The notes below the pieces were generated by a model that was not told the origin of the DNA, did no database searches, and saw nothing but the letters and a program-made list of their open reading frames with translations. A program made the translations under genes and the position numbers. A DNA stretch of 64,000 bases from Bacteroidales bacterium UBA5762 (GTDB lineage: Bacteria > Bacteroidota > Bacteroidia > Bacteroidales > TTA-H9), in assembly GCA_002418865.1 (NCBI GenBank), contig DIEY01000098.1, positions 3,421 to 67,420 of the forward strand, given 5' to 3'. This document shows positions 50,274 to 60,800 of the stretch, one piece after another (the stretch's first letter is position 1; every line of letters begins with the position of its first letter).

Positions 50274-51260
50274 TTAGGTTTTGTTAGTATTGTTGGTTTG
50301 ATGTTGGGCATTGTCACGGCCGTAGGCTTCTACGATGTCTTTTACTAAACGGTGCCTAACAATATCGCGTTCGTCGAGAAAGACGAAATCGATTCCCTGA
50401 ATGCCCTTCAGAATTTGAGTGGCATGAATAAGACCCGATTTTTGGGATGGGGGGAGGTCAATTTGGGTGATATCGCCTGTGATGATAAACTTAGCATTGC
50501 GCCCCATACGCGTGAGAAACATTTTTAATTGGTTGAGGGTTGCATTTTGTGCTTCATCGAGGATAGCAAAAGCGTGGTCGAGGGTGCGTCCTCTCATAAA
50601 AGCCAGAGGAGCAACCTCTATGGTCCCATCTTCGAGATAAGTAAGTAATTTCTGTGTTGGAAGCATATCGCGCAAAGCATCATACAATGGCTGAAGATAA
50701 GGATCGAGTTTGTCTTTTAAATCGCCGGGAAGAAAACCAAGATTTTCACCTGCTTCGACGGCAGGCCGCGTGAGAATGATTCGCTTAACTTCCCTGTTCT
50801 TTAAAGCTTTAACGGCAAGCGCAACTGCTGTATAGGTTTTCCCTGTGCCTGCCGGCCCAATGGCAAATACCATGTCATTCTTCTGGCTACTTTCGACTAA
50901 CATTCGTTGATTAACTGTACGTGCCCTTACCTGCAATCCATGATTTCCATATACCAGAATATCATTCCCTTCTATGGGTCTTACCTGATTATTTTCATCT
51001 TCTTCCTGGCCATTACCGAAGATTTCGAAAAGATCGTTCTCAGTGATTTTACCAAATTCATCGTAATGCACCAATAAAAGCCCAAAAAGTCGGTCAAATA
51101 AATCGATCTGCGATTTTTCACCAATAATTTTGATTACATCTCCACGGGCTATAATTTTTAGTTTTGGGAAACGATCCTTTATTAAATTTAAATACCGATC
51201 GTTAGGACCATATATTTCGAGTGGGCTATAGGATTCAATTGAGATAATTCTTTCGTTCAT
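50274..51260 (-). CDS. phoH: PhoH-family ATPase
   Basis: Walker [18 protein letters not shown], and [11 protein letters not shown], which is typical of PhoH/YbeZ. Confidence 0.9.
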   Translation of the reverse strand: MNERIISIESYSPLEIYGPNDRYLNLIKDRFPKLKIIARGDVIKIIGEKSQIDLFDRLFGLLLVHYDEFGKITENDLFEIFGNGQEEDENNQVRPIEGNDILVYGNHGLQVRARTVNQRMLVESSQKNDMVFAIGPAGTGKTYTAVALAVKALKNREVKRIILTRPAVEAGENLGFLPGDLKDKLDPYLQPLYDALRDMLPTQKLLTYLEDGTIEVAPLAFMRGRTLDHAFAILDEAQNATLNQLKMFLTRMGRNAKFIITGDITQIDLPPSQKSGLIHATQILKGIQGIDFVFLDERDIVRHRLVKDIVEAYGRDNAQHQTNNTNKT

Positions 51261-51307
51261 CCTGTTTACTTCAACACTTTACTTGGGTTTTAAAATTGTG
51301 ATTTTAG

Positions 51308-51330
51308 TAATTTTGGAGTTCGCAAAGTTA
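51308..51330. promoter_or_regulatory. divergent -7 boxes (TAATTTTG on +, TAACTTTG on -)
   Basis: The + box at 51308-51315 is 48 nt before the ATG at 51363. The - box (CAAAGTTA, 51323-51330) is 63 nt before the phoH ATG at 51260. Confidence 0.4.
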
Positions 51331-51362
51331 CATTAAAAAATTACGGAATTATCTCATCTTAA

Positions 51363-52142
51363 ATGCCAATCATTACACTTACAAGCGACTGGGGATTAAA
51401 GGACCATTATCTGGCAGCAGTAAAAGCGGCTATCTTAAGCCGTATGCCTGAAGTAAAAATCATTGATATCAGCCATCAAATACCACCTTTCGATTTGAAC
51501 CAGGCTTCATTTATTATTAGAAACTGTTGGAAGGCTTTTCCCCAAGGTACGGTACATATAATTGGAATTAATACAGAGGCTGGGATTAAATCCCCGCATA
51601 TTGCTTTAGAAGCAGAAGGGCATTATTTTATTGGTGCAGATAATGGAATTTTTAGTTTGATTTTCGATAAAGAGCCCGAACACATTATCGAATTAGAAAT
51701 AATTCAGGATAGCGAGTATTTTACTTTCTCTACCCGAGATGTTTTTGTGAAAGCCGCGTTGTATCTATTAAAAGGAAATCCCATCGAGGGTTTGGGCTTG
51801 CCTCGTCTTAGTCTGAATCCTTGCACCCCCTTTCAACCAGTTATCAACCAAAATTCTATCACGGGTAAAGTAATTTATGTTGATGTTTATGAGAATGTTT
51901 TTACCAATATCAGTCGTGAAATGTTTCAGCAAATCGTCAAGGGAAGGCGTTTTCATATTGAGCTTGGATATAGTAGAAATACGATTCACAAGATTTCAGA
52001 GGCTTATAGTGATGTTCCTGAAGGTGAAATATTAGCACTTTTTTCGAGTACAGGTCTATTACAAATAGCTATCAATCGCGGGAATGCCTCGGGTTTGCTT
52101 GGCCTTGGCCTTGATGATAATGTTCGAATTGTTTTTGAATAA
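51363..52142 (+). CDS. SAM hydrolase / SAM-dependent halogenase family protein (DUF62)
   Basis: N-terminus MPIITLTSDWGLKDHYLAAVKAAI resembles the DUF62 signature (..TD.G..D.Y....K..I). 259 aa with a two-domain layout. Confidence 0.75.
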   Translation: MPIITLTSDWGLKDHYLAAVKAAILSRMPEVKIIDISHQIPPFDLNQASFIIRNCWKAFPQGTVHIIGINTEAGIKSPHIALEAEGHYFIGADNGIFSLIFDKEPEHIIELEIIQDSEYFTFSTRDVFVKAALYLLKGNPIEGLGLPRLSLNPCTPFQPVINQNSITGKVIYVDVYENVFTNISREMFQQIVKGRRFHIELGYSRNTIHKISEAYSDVPEGEILALFSSTGLLQIAINRGNASGLLGLGLDDNVRIVFE

Positions 52143-52496
52143 AATAGGGTTGTCATGGTTTTCTGAAAAGAGAAAAACTTGAAGAAATAAGGCGATGGAA
52201 TTTATTATAGGAAAACAGCTGTGGAAATGGTTAGAATAATATTCATTCGTAACTTGTGAGGTCTATTGATAAGATATCCAAGCCTCAAACCTAAGGATTT
52301 TCGAAGTTGGGTATTCACTTCACAACCTCTTTCTTTCTACCTAATTTTCTCTATTTCTTGAATTCAGTTTACTCCCTTTCATTACTACTGTGCCATAAAA
52401 AATCATTGAACCAACCATTGAGTTGTTTATTTCAATTTTTATGGTTATAAGCATTCATGCTTTTAAAAAGTAATAACCCGATGACTAACAGAAATT

Positions 52497-52970
52497 CTAA
52501 TTAGTGATATATAACCTTCCGAAATTAGCGTCATACATGGTTTTGTATTGTTTCAGCGGAATTGTAGCCAAACTTCCTTCCATGGGTGTGCCATCGAGGA
52601 GAAGAAAACTCGATTTGCAACAGGTATCGCGTGCAATCAAGCCTGAAGGATCAATCACCAATTTCGAGCAAGGTTTATCCCAATCGTAGGTACATGTTCT
52701 CTCGAAAGCTAAATATTGATTGTCGATAACATGATAGACTATGATTCCGCGATAACCTCCTTTGATCAAGGTGTAATTTCCGGGTATATTCAGGTTTCCA
52801 TACTCGATGGAGGCAGGATTGATGACGATATTTACATACACATCGGGAATGGGAGAGCTGCTGTTGTCGTCGTTGCAGCTTAAAGAAAGAAGAAGTATAC
52901 AGGATACGAGAAATATGGCGGCTACACTTTTGTTAAAACTAAAATTGATATGATCAGTCAAGATGGTCAT
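52497..52970 (-). CDS. small lipoprotein, unknown function (Cys-rich C-terminal half)
   Basis: Lipobox LLLSLSC. The C-terminal region CTYDWDKPCSKLVIDPSG...DTCCKSSF vaguely resembles a Rieske-like fold but lacks the His ligands. Confidence 0.5.
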   Translation of the reverse strand: MTILTDHINFSFNKSVAAIFLVSCILLLSLSCNDDNSSSPIPDVYVNIVINPASIEYGNLNIPGNYTLIKGGYRGIIVYHVIDNQYLAFERTCTYDWDKPCSKLVIDPSGLIARDTCCKSSFLLLDGTPMEGSLATIPLKQYKTMYDANFGRLYITN

Positions 52971-52986
52971 CTTAAAATATTTTCTT

Positions 52987-53002
52987 TAAGTTTGCAAAGA
53001 TA
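52987..53002. promoter_or_regulatory. back-to-back palindromic -7 boxes TAAGTTTGCAAAGATA
   Basis: The + box is 38 nt before the ATG at 53032. The - box (TATCTTTG) is 25 nt before the ATG at 52970. Confidence 0.45.
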
Positions 53003-53031
53003 ATGCCTTTATCTTGTGATGGAGGGAATAT

Positions 53032-53349
53032 ATGATGCGAAGGCGGGAATGCTGCAGAATAATGATATTGTTGACCTTAGCCATTTTAATCGGCTTTGGG
53101 TGCCGCACGCACCATAATCAAACAGTGAAGCAACAAAAAGCCATTGAAAAACGAATGGAAGAAAAGAGAAAGCAGGAACAGGCGCTTTATGAAAGTAAAC
53201 TAAAAAGGCATGAAAAAATTCAAAGTGCAGAAGGGCGAAAATTAATCCAGCAAGCCAACGATCATCGCAACCAATTAGACAAACAAAATGGCAAAAAGAA
53301 ATTTTCGTTGAAAAAACTTTTTAGTGAAGATGAGCCTACTTGTAAATAG
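53032..53349 (+). CDS. small basic coiled-coil lipoprotein, unknown function
   Basis: Lipobox LIGFGC followed by a K/E/Q-rich helical sequence; 105 aa. Confidence 0.4.
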   Translation: MMRRRECCRIMILLTLAILIGFGCRTHHNQTVKQQKAIEKRMEEKRKQEQALYESKLKRHEKIQSAEGRKLIQQANDHRNQLDKQNGKKKFSLKKLFSEDEPTCK

Positions 53350-53374
53350 AATGTGACATCACGGAGGTTTTTCC

Positions 53375-53382
53375 TATTTTTG
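53375..53382 (+). promoter_or_regulatory. -7 promoter box (TATTTTTG)
   Basis: Exact match 60 nt upstream of the ATG at 53442. Confidence 0.35.
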
Positions 53383-53441
53383 TCAAACATATCCGAACCA
53401 ATGAGATTTTGTATAATTTTACCCACTAATTTGTCATTTTC

Positions 53442-53903
53442 ATGGAAGACCTGATCATTCTCCTTTTATTTGTTGCCTGGATTGGCTACACCTTTTATAA
53501 GGAATCCGAGAAACAAAAGAAAATAAGGGAGGCTAAAACAGCCACTAAGCCTTTGGGCGAGCCCATGCAATCTGAAAATAAGAATTTTGCCCCTCAGATG
53601 GAAGACACTGAGTTTGAGACTGAAGTTCTTTCACAAGGTAGTTCGGATGACTTTCGACCCATTATGGAAAAATATTCACCGGAAAAGGTAAGTGCAGAAC
53701 ATGCCTCTCCTTTGGAATATATACCATTGATAGATCAAATCAATCGTCCTGATTTTACCAGTATTGAGTATAATTCGAAGAATATTTCAATACCTCAAGA
53801 GAATATAGAACAGCCAATAGAAGAAGACACATTCAGCGAGTTTTCCTTCGATTTAAAACAAGCCGTCATTTATTCAGCTATCCTTCAAAGACCCTATGAT
53901 TAA
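53442..53903 (+). CDS. N-terminally anchored acidic protein, unknown function
   Basis: A single N-terminal TM (LIILLLFVAWIGYTFY) followed by a low-complexity acidic region; 153 aa. Confidence 0.4.
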   Translation: MEDLIILLLFVAWIGYTFYKESEKQKKIREAKTATKPLGEPMQSENKNFAPQMEDTEFETEVLSQGSSDDFRPIMEKYSPEKVSAEHASPLEYIPLIDQINRPDFTSIEYNSKNISIPQENIEQPIEEDTFSEFSFDLKQAVIYSAILQRPYD

Positions 53904-54018
53904 AAACAGAAATCTAATAGATGACAAAATTTTTACAAAGTATCCTAAGGTTTATAATTAACTATAAATCAAGAAGAAGAAATAATTGAAATGCTTTTTA
54001 ACTTTTTAATGGCAACTT

Positions 54019-54026
54019 TATGTTTG
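54019..54026 (+). promoter_or_regulatory. -7 promoter box (TATGTTTG)
   Basis: Exact TAnnTTTG match 75 nt upstream of the ATG at 54101. Confidence 0.35.
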
Positions 54027-54100
54027 TAAAATAAATATAAATCTTTCTAATTTTACCGACTTTAAATGCACAACGCAAATCATCAATAAATCTATCTGGT

Positions 54101-57100
54101 ATGATAAGAAAACTACTATTCACACTGGGTCTTGTACTGGCAGCCCAAGTGCTGGTATTTTCCCAGGCAACGGGTACCCTGAGGGGGAAAATTACTGACA
54201 AGGAGACGAAAGAACCCATACCATTTGCCAATGTAGTTATAGAAATGAATGGTGTGCAAGCAGGTGGTGCTACTTCTGATTTCGAAGGGAATTATGTCAT
54301 TAAACCCATCACACCTGGGAAATATGATATAAGGTGTTCTTACGTTGGTTACAAAACTCTTTTAACCAAAGGTCTCATCATTGGTGCTGGGAAGATTGAA
54401 TTTTATAATATTGAATTGGAGCCTACTACAGTAGCCTTGAGCGAAATAGAGGTTACAAGCTATAAAGTTCCTCTTATTGAGAAGGACCAGACTTCAGTAG
54501 GGGCCACAGTAACTTCGGAGCAAATCGACAAAATGCCAAACCGATCTGCTACGGCAGTTGCAGTAACCATAGGAGGTGTGTTCTCAGCCGATGGTGAGCG
54601 TGGAAGTGTGAGAGGTGCACGAAGTGAGGCTACTGTAACTTACATAGATGGTGTTAAAGTTACTGGTTCGGCTAGTTTACCACCTTCTGCTATCGAACAA
54701 GTTTCGGTTATTATTTCGGGTTTACCTGCTCAATATGGAGATGCTACTTCTGGGGTCATCAACGTTACCACTAAGGGCCCTTCGAATATTTATGCTGGAG
54801 GTTTCGAGGCCCAAACCTCTGAATTGCTCGATAATTTTGGGTATAACCGATTTGGATTTAATCTCCAAGGCCCCATCATCCGAAAAAAAAATAAGGAAAC
54901 TGGAGAATCGAGAAGCATATTGGGATTCTTCCTGGCTGGTGATTTGACCCTTCAGGGAGATGCTGCCCCAAGTCCAATAGGTAGATGGAAGGTAAAGGAC
55001 GATGTACTGCAATACCTTAAAGAAAATCCACTTCGTCCTACCGGCTTAGGTTATGGAACCTATCCCAACGCTGCATTTTTGGGTCCTAATGATTTGGAAC
55101 ACGTAAAAAGTTCACAAAACGCTGATGCCTTTAGTATTAATCTCTCTGGGAAAATCGATCTGCGCTTAACTAATACTACAAATTTTACATTGGGAGGGTC
55201 AACGGTTTATTATAAAAGCAATGCCTTTGGATATTCACGTTCTTTGATGAATTGGGAGAACAACCCCTATCACGATGAATTAACTTATCGTGGCTATGCC
55301 AGATTTACTCAAAGGTTTCCCACTTCAGCCGATAGTAGATCTCTCATTAAAAATGTATATTATAGCCTGCAAGCTGATTTCACCAAGTTTCATTCAAAAA
55401 ACCAAAGTGCCCAACATAAAGATAATCTCTTCAAATATGGATATTTGGGGAGATTCGATACTTATACCATGCGTTCCTACGAATTGGGAGGCGATACTAT
55501 CAACGGGCAAGTTTATAGTAATGTTTATATTCATAATGGATATAGGGATACTATGGTTACTTTCCAGCCATCCGATTTCAATAGAGACTTGGCACGTTAC
55601 ACCGAAACTTATTACAATTTTTATCCCGATGTAACAGGCAACTGGGAAAATTTCGACCAAATACTTTTGGGTGGGGGTTATATAAACGGAATGAGCCCCG
55701 ATGCTATTTATTCTCTTTGGCAAGCACCTGGAACAGTTTATAATGGTTATAATGAATATGATGCCAATCAGATTGGATTCAATGGTATGTTTTCTGCCGA
55801 TATTGGGAACCATGAAGTTCAATTTGGAATACAGTACGAACAAAGAAGTGAAAGCTACTTTGCTTATGCTCCTGTTAATTTTTGGCAGCTGATGCGAGGT
55901 CTTACTAACTTCCATATCCGTGAACTCGATAAATCCAATCCCGTTCTTGTTTCCCGTGATGGAGTCTTCCAAGATACTATTTATTATTATAGAAAGTATG
56001 ATGCTAATTCTCAGCGTACTTTCGACCGTAATTTGCGCAAGAAATTAGGTCTTCCTGTTGATGGTCTCGACTTTATTAATATAGATTCTTATGATTTTGC
56101 CTCCAAAACCATCAATTATTACGACAAAGATGGGAATTTGAAAACTGTTACCATGGGCGAGGACTTATTTGATGTGAGCCTTTTTAGCGCCGATGAATTA
56201 CTTAATGGTGGCAATTCTTATGTAGCTTATTATGGATATGACTATACTGGTAAAAAGCTCACTTCTCAACCCTCTTTCGAGGACTTTCTGACGAAGAAAA
56301 ATGCCGATGGTGATTTTCTGCGCGAAGTTCCTGCCTTTCAACCCAATTACTTCGCTGGATATATTCAAGACAAATTTGCATTTAAAGATTTGATATTTAA
56401 TGTAGGTGTGCGCGTCGACCGTTTTGATGCCAATCAATTGGTGCTGAAAGATCCTTATTCTATCTATCCGACACTTTCGGTTAAGGAGGTACAAAAGATT
56501 GGAGATCAGTCAATTACCCATCCAGGGAACATGGGGCCAGATTATGTAGTATATGTTGACAATGCGACCAATCCTACTTCCATCACGGGTTACCGCAGTG
56601 GAAGCGTGTGGTACAATGCCAGCGGTATCGAAATTGCCGATCCTTACATTTTGGATGCCGGTTCGGGAGTAACTCCCTATCTACGAAATCCATCTAACCA
56701 AACTCTGCAAAAGGAGGCATTGCAGGATTATGAGCCCCAATGGGCTATCATGCCACGTATTTCATTCTCCTTTCCTATTTCCGAAGAAGCATTGTTCTTC
56801 GCTCATTACGACATACTTACCCAGCGTCCGCAAGGGCAAAACCGTTTCGATATCACCGATTATTACTTTTTTAGAACCCGTGGCACTACCCTCGATAACC
56901 CAAATCTGAAATCCCCTAAGACTATTGACTATGAATTAGGTTTCAAGCAGAGATTGACTAACTCATCAGCCCTTACCTTATCGGCTTACTATAAAGAAAT
57001 AAGGAATGAGATTCAGATTTATCGCTACTCAGGAGCTTATCCTCGTGATTATGTTTCTTATAACAACATCGACTTTGGAACTGTTAAAGGATTTACGGTT

Positions 57101-57814
57101 TCTTATGATTTAAGACGTACTAGTAACGTAACCTTGCGTGGTTCTTATACTTTGCAGTTTGCTGATGGGACGGGTTCGAGTCCCACTACTGCAGCAGCTT
57201 TGATAGCAGCTCGACTTCCAAATCTTCGTACTCCTATGCCTCTTGCATGGGATAGACGCCACAGCTTCAATGTCAATATCGATTACCGTTATGGAGAAGG
57301 GAAAGAATATAATGGACCTCGTATCAACCGTAAAAACAAGCCACCTATTGAATTGCTCAGAAATACCGGCATAAATTTCACAGTTATCGGTGGTTCAGGA
57401 ACACCCTATACCCGCTCTGAAAATATTACTTCAGCCATTAGCGGTGGTACCCGCTTATTAAAAGGTAGTTTCTATGGTTCACGACTACCATGGCAATTTA
57501 GAATCGATGCTAAACTCGACAAAGACATCAATATTGTATGGAAAAAGAATGAAGGTGAGAAACCTAAGGAATCGATGTTGAATATTTATTTACAGATGCT
57601 TAATATTTTTAATTTCAAGAATGTTATGGCTGTATATCCCGCTACGGGTAACCCCGACGACGATGGTTATCTCGCTGCCGCCGAATGGCAAAGGGAAATT
57701 AATCAGCAACTGAATCCCGATACCTACCGCCAACTCTATCAAATTTATATCAATAATCCCGATAATTACAGCAGCCCGAGAATGATTCGTCTTGGATTGA
57801 TTTTTAACTTTTAA
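54101..57814 (+). CDS. oversized TonB-dependent-receptor-like outer-membrane protein (CarboxypepD_reg + plug + beta-barrel)
   Basis: Signal peptide; a CarboxypepD_reg domain (GTLRGKITDKETKEPIPFANVVIE...GNYVIKPITPGKYDIRCSYVGYKT); a plug (...VRGARSEATVTYIDGVKV...LPAQYGDATSGVINVTTK); a ~950-aa barrel ending in the aromatic beta-signal ...RLGLIFNF. Confidence 0.85.
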   Translation: MIRKLLFTLGLVLAAQVLVFSQATGTLRGKITDKETKEPIPFANVVIEMNGVQAGGATSDFEGNYVIKPITPGKYDIRCSYVGYKTLLTKGLIIGAGKIEFYNIELEPTTVALSEIEVTSYKVPLIEKDQTSVGATVTSEQIDKMPNRSATAVAVTIGGVFSADGERGSVRGARSEATVTYIDGVKVTGSASLPPSAIEQVSVIISGLPAQYGDATSGVINVTTKGPSNIYAGGFEAQTSELLDNFGYNRFGFNLQGPIIRKKNKETGESRSILGFFLAGDLTLQGDAAPSPIGRWKVKDDVLQYLKENPLRPTGLGYGTYPNAAFLGPNDLEHVKSSQNADAFSINLSGKIDLRLTNTTNFTLGGSTVYYKSNAFGYSRSLMNWENNPYHDELTYRGYARFTQRFPTSADSRSLIKNVYYSLQADFTKFHSKNQSAQHKDNLFKYGYLGRFDTYTMRSYELGGDTINGQVYSNVYIHNGYRDTMVTFQPSDFNRDLARYTETYYNFYPDVTGNWENFDQILLGGGYINGMSPDAIYSLWQAPGTVYNGYNEYDANQIGFNGMFSADIGNHEVQFGIQYEQRSESYFAYAPVNFWQLMRGLTNFHIRELDKSNPVLVSRDGVFQDTIYYYRKYDANSQRTFDRNLRKKLGLPVDGLDFINIDSYDFASKTINYYDKDGNLKTVTMGEDLFDVSLFSADELLNGGNSYVAYYGYDYTGKKLTSQPSFEDFLTKKNADGDFLREVPAFQPNYFAGYIQDKFAFKDLIFNVGVRVDRFDANQLVLKDPYSIYPTLSVKEVQKIGDQSITHPGNMGPDYVVYVDNATNPTSITGYRSGSVWYNASGIEIADPYILDAGSGVTPYLRNPSNQTLQKEALQDYEPQWAIMPRISFSFPISEEALFFAHYDILTQRPQGQNRFDITDYYFFRTRGTTLDNPNLKSPKTIDYELGFKQRLTNSSALTLSAYYKEIRNEIQIYRYSGAYPRDYVSYNNIDFGTVKGFTVSYDLRRTSNVTLRGSYTLQFADGTGSSPTTAAALIAARLPNLRTPMPLAWDRRHSFNVNIDYRYGEGKEYNGPRINRKNKPPIELLRNTGINFTVIGGSGTPYTRSENITSAISGGTRLLKGSFYGSRLPWQFRIDAKLDKDINIVWKKNEGEKPKESMLNIYLQMLNIFNFKNVMAVYPATGNPDDDGYLAAAEWQREINQQLNPDTYRQLYQIYINNPDNYSSPRMIRLGLIFNF

Positions 57815-57874
57815 ATTCCATTAAATGGTCAATTTGTTAGCTTTGATTGGAAAATAAATAAAATAAAGAATAAG

Positions 57875-60800
57875 ATGAAAATGTATCAACGCATTCTACT
57901 AATCACCACAATCGCTTCTTTCATCAGTATAAATATGTTTGGGAAAGAATTTGTGGGCAATAAACTAAAGCAATCGAAAGATGTTAAAGCAAGTACTGCA
58001 GGATGTACTGGAGCTTCGGCTTATCAATTCCTCGATATTAATAATGTGAGGTGCCGTATCAACACTGGGGGCGATATGTGGTGGAACCTCGATACAGGTG
58101 GTGGTGGGGGTATTCCTCAATATTTTATTCCGGCCAATACTACTAAAACTTCCCTTTTTGCGGCCTCTCTATGGATTGGAGGTCTTGATATTAACGATCA
58201 ATTAAAATTAGCGGCTATGCGATTTAGGCAAGTTGGGAATGACTACTGGACCGGGCCTTTAACTATCGATGGTACAGCCGCAGTTGATGCCGATGTATGT
58301 GCCGAATATGATAAATTTTTTATTATCACTCGTGCCGAAGTAGACGAATTTCTCGGATGGTGGTATAGTACGAATCGCTCTGAAGAATACCCTGGCTATA
58401 GTATCCCCAAATCCATTATGGAATGGCCAGCTCATGGAGATCCTAGTAGGTTCCAGAGTTATTATCTGGCACCTTTCTACGACATGGATGGAAATGGTGA
58501 ATATGATCCTAACCAGGGTGATTATCCTTACTATGATATCCCTAATGAACTTTGCCATAGCCCCGTTCAGACTATGGAAGGAGTCAATGGTATCGTAAAA
58601 GGTAGTGTTTTAGCCGACCAGGTCATTAAAGGCGATAAAACTTTTTGGTGGGTTTTCAACGATAAGGGGAATATACATACCGAATCGAGTGGCCAGGCCA
58701 TCGGGCTCGAAATACGTGCCCAAGCCTTTGGTTTCGCTACTAACGACGAAATCAACAACATGACTTTTTATAGCTATGAAATTATTAACCGTTCTACATT
58801 TTCATTAACCCAAACCTACTTTGCTCCTTGGACCGATGCCGACCTTGGATATGCCTGGGACGATTACGTTGGATGTGATGTTTTAAGAGGAATGGGTTAT
58901 GCCTATAATGGTAAAGCAGTAGATGGTACGGGACAAGTTGAAGCTTATGGCGATCAACCTCCTGCCGTCGGAATCGATTTCTTTCAGGGTCCTTATCTTG
59001 ATCCCGATGGCTATGATAACCCATCTTTCTTAGCCGATGGTGTTCTTGGACCTTCATTTAATGGAGATTGTTCCATTGTGAACTTCGACTCAACTGTTAT
59101 TGTGATGACTTATGGCAAACCCGGAGAAGAAAAAACAGGTAATTTTATGGTCAGGAGTGCAGCTATTAATGGAGTGAACTTTGGGAATGGGATTGTTGAT
59201 GATGAACGTTTTGGAATGCGTCGGTTTGTTTATCACAATAATGACCAATCTGTTCAGGGCGATCCTGATATCGCTCCCGAATATTATAACTTTTTACGTG
59301 GTATATGGAAAGATAATACAAAAATGATTTATGGAGGAAATGCACACCCTAGCAATCCCGGTGCTGTTGGACCCGAAACCGACTTCATGTTTCCCGGTGA
59401 TTCAGACCCATGCAACTGGGGTACTCGTGGTGCTCCCCCTAACGGAGGTTATAATCAGAATAATCTTTACTGGACTGAAGTAACTGCAGGTAATTCTCCT
59501 TCTGACCGTCGTTTCGTTCAATCGGCTGGTCCTTTTACTTTGGAACCTGGGGCCGTCAATTATATTACCTTTGGCGTTCCTTGGGCTCGAGCCATCTCTG
59601 GCGGTCCTTTAGCTTCCGTCGAACTCCTTCGAGTAGTTGATGACAAATGCCAAGCTCTTTTCGACAATTGCTTCAAAGTGCTCGACGGCCCCGATGCCCC
59701 TGACCTCACTATTCAGGAACTCGACCGTGAACTCCTCATTTACATCTCCAATAAAAAAACTTCCAATAATTTCCGTGAAGGCTATGCCGAACGTGATATC
59801 ACTATCAAAACTGGTGATTCACTCTACCGCTTCGAGGGTTACCAGATATTTCAATTGAAGGATGCTTCAGTTTCGGTCGAAAGCATACACGATCCTGCTA
59901 AGGCAAGATTGATATTTCAATGCGATGTTCGTAATGGAGTTACAAAACTGGTTAATCATTATCCCGATCAAGCCATAGGCTACAGCGTACCTGTAGTTGA
60001 AGTAGTTGGTGGTGATAACGGTATTAATCATGTATTCAGAATTACAGAAGATGCATTTGCTACAGGTGATAATCGTCTGGTTAATCACAAACAATATTAT
60101 TATTTAGCTATTGCATACGCCTACAATGAATATAAAAAATATACTATAGAACCAACAGGTCTGGATGGTCAGAAAAAACCTTATCTGGCTGGTCGTAAAA
60201 ATATAAAGGTTTACACCGGTATTCCACATAAAACTGTAAATGGTTTGGTTACACAATCTAATTTTGGAGATGGTCCTGTAATTACCAGGCTTCAGGGACA
60301 AGGAAATGGTGGCATGTCATTGGAACTTTCGCAAGCTACCATTGATGAAATTCTTTCTAAACCCATGGCTTCGAATGAAAATACTTACGGAGGTGAGGAT
60401 TATCCCATTGCCTACCAACTTGTTTATGAGGCTGGACAGGGTCCTCTCAACATCAGTGTTATCGATCCATTAAATGTTAAAAAAGGAAAATTTAGTTTAC
60501 AATTCGTAAGGAATGTCGAACAGAATGGTGTATTGACGAATGCGGCCTGGATTATGCGTGATGAAGAAGGTAATGTATATCGTTCAGACAGTACTATCAA
60601 TTATTATTATCAGCAATTATTTCTCGATTTGGGACTTGCCGTTCATATTTATCAAGTTTCAAATCCAGGCGATTCGCTTTCGATTAATAATGGTTTCATC
60701 GAATCGAGTTTGATATACGCCGATAGCTCTCGTCGTTATCTATCTGGTGTTTACGACAATAACATCCCAAGTAGTCCACAAAATTGGATACGTTCTGGAA

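Noticed and set aside
52143-52496. The 354-nt non-coding tract after the SAM-hydrolase gene, examined as a possible ncRNA (6S, tmRNA, RNase P or SRP RNA).
   Set aside because: I recognised no conserved cores of those RNAs, only weak hairpins (AAGCATTCATGCTT) and a pyrimidine-rich stretch. It is left unassigned.
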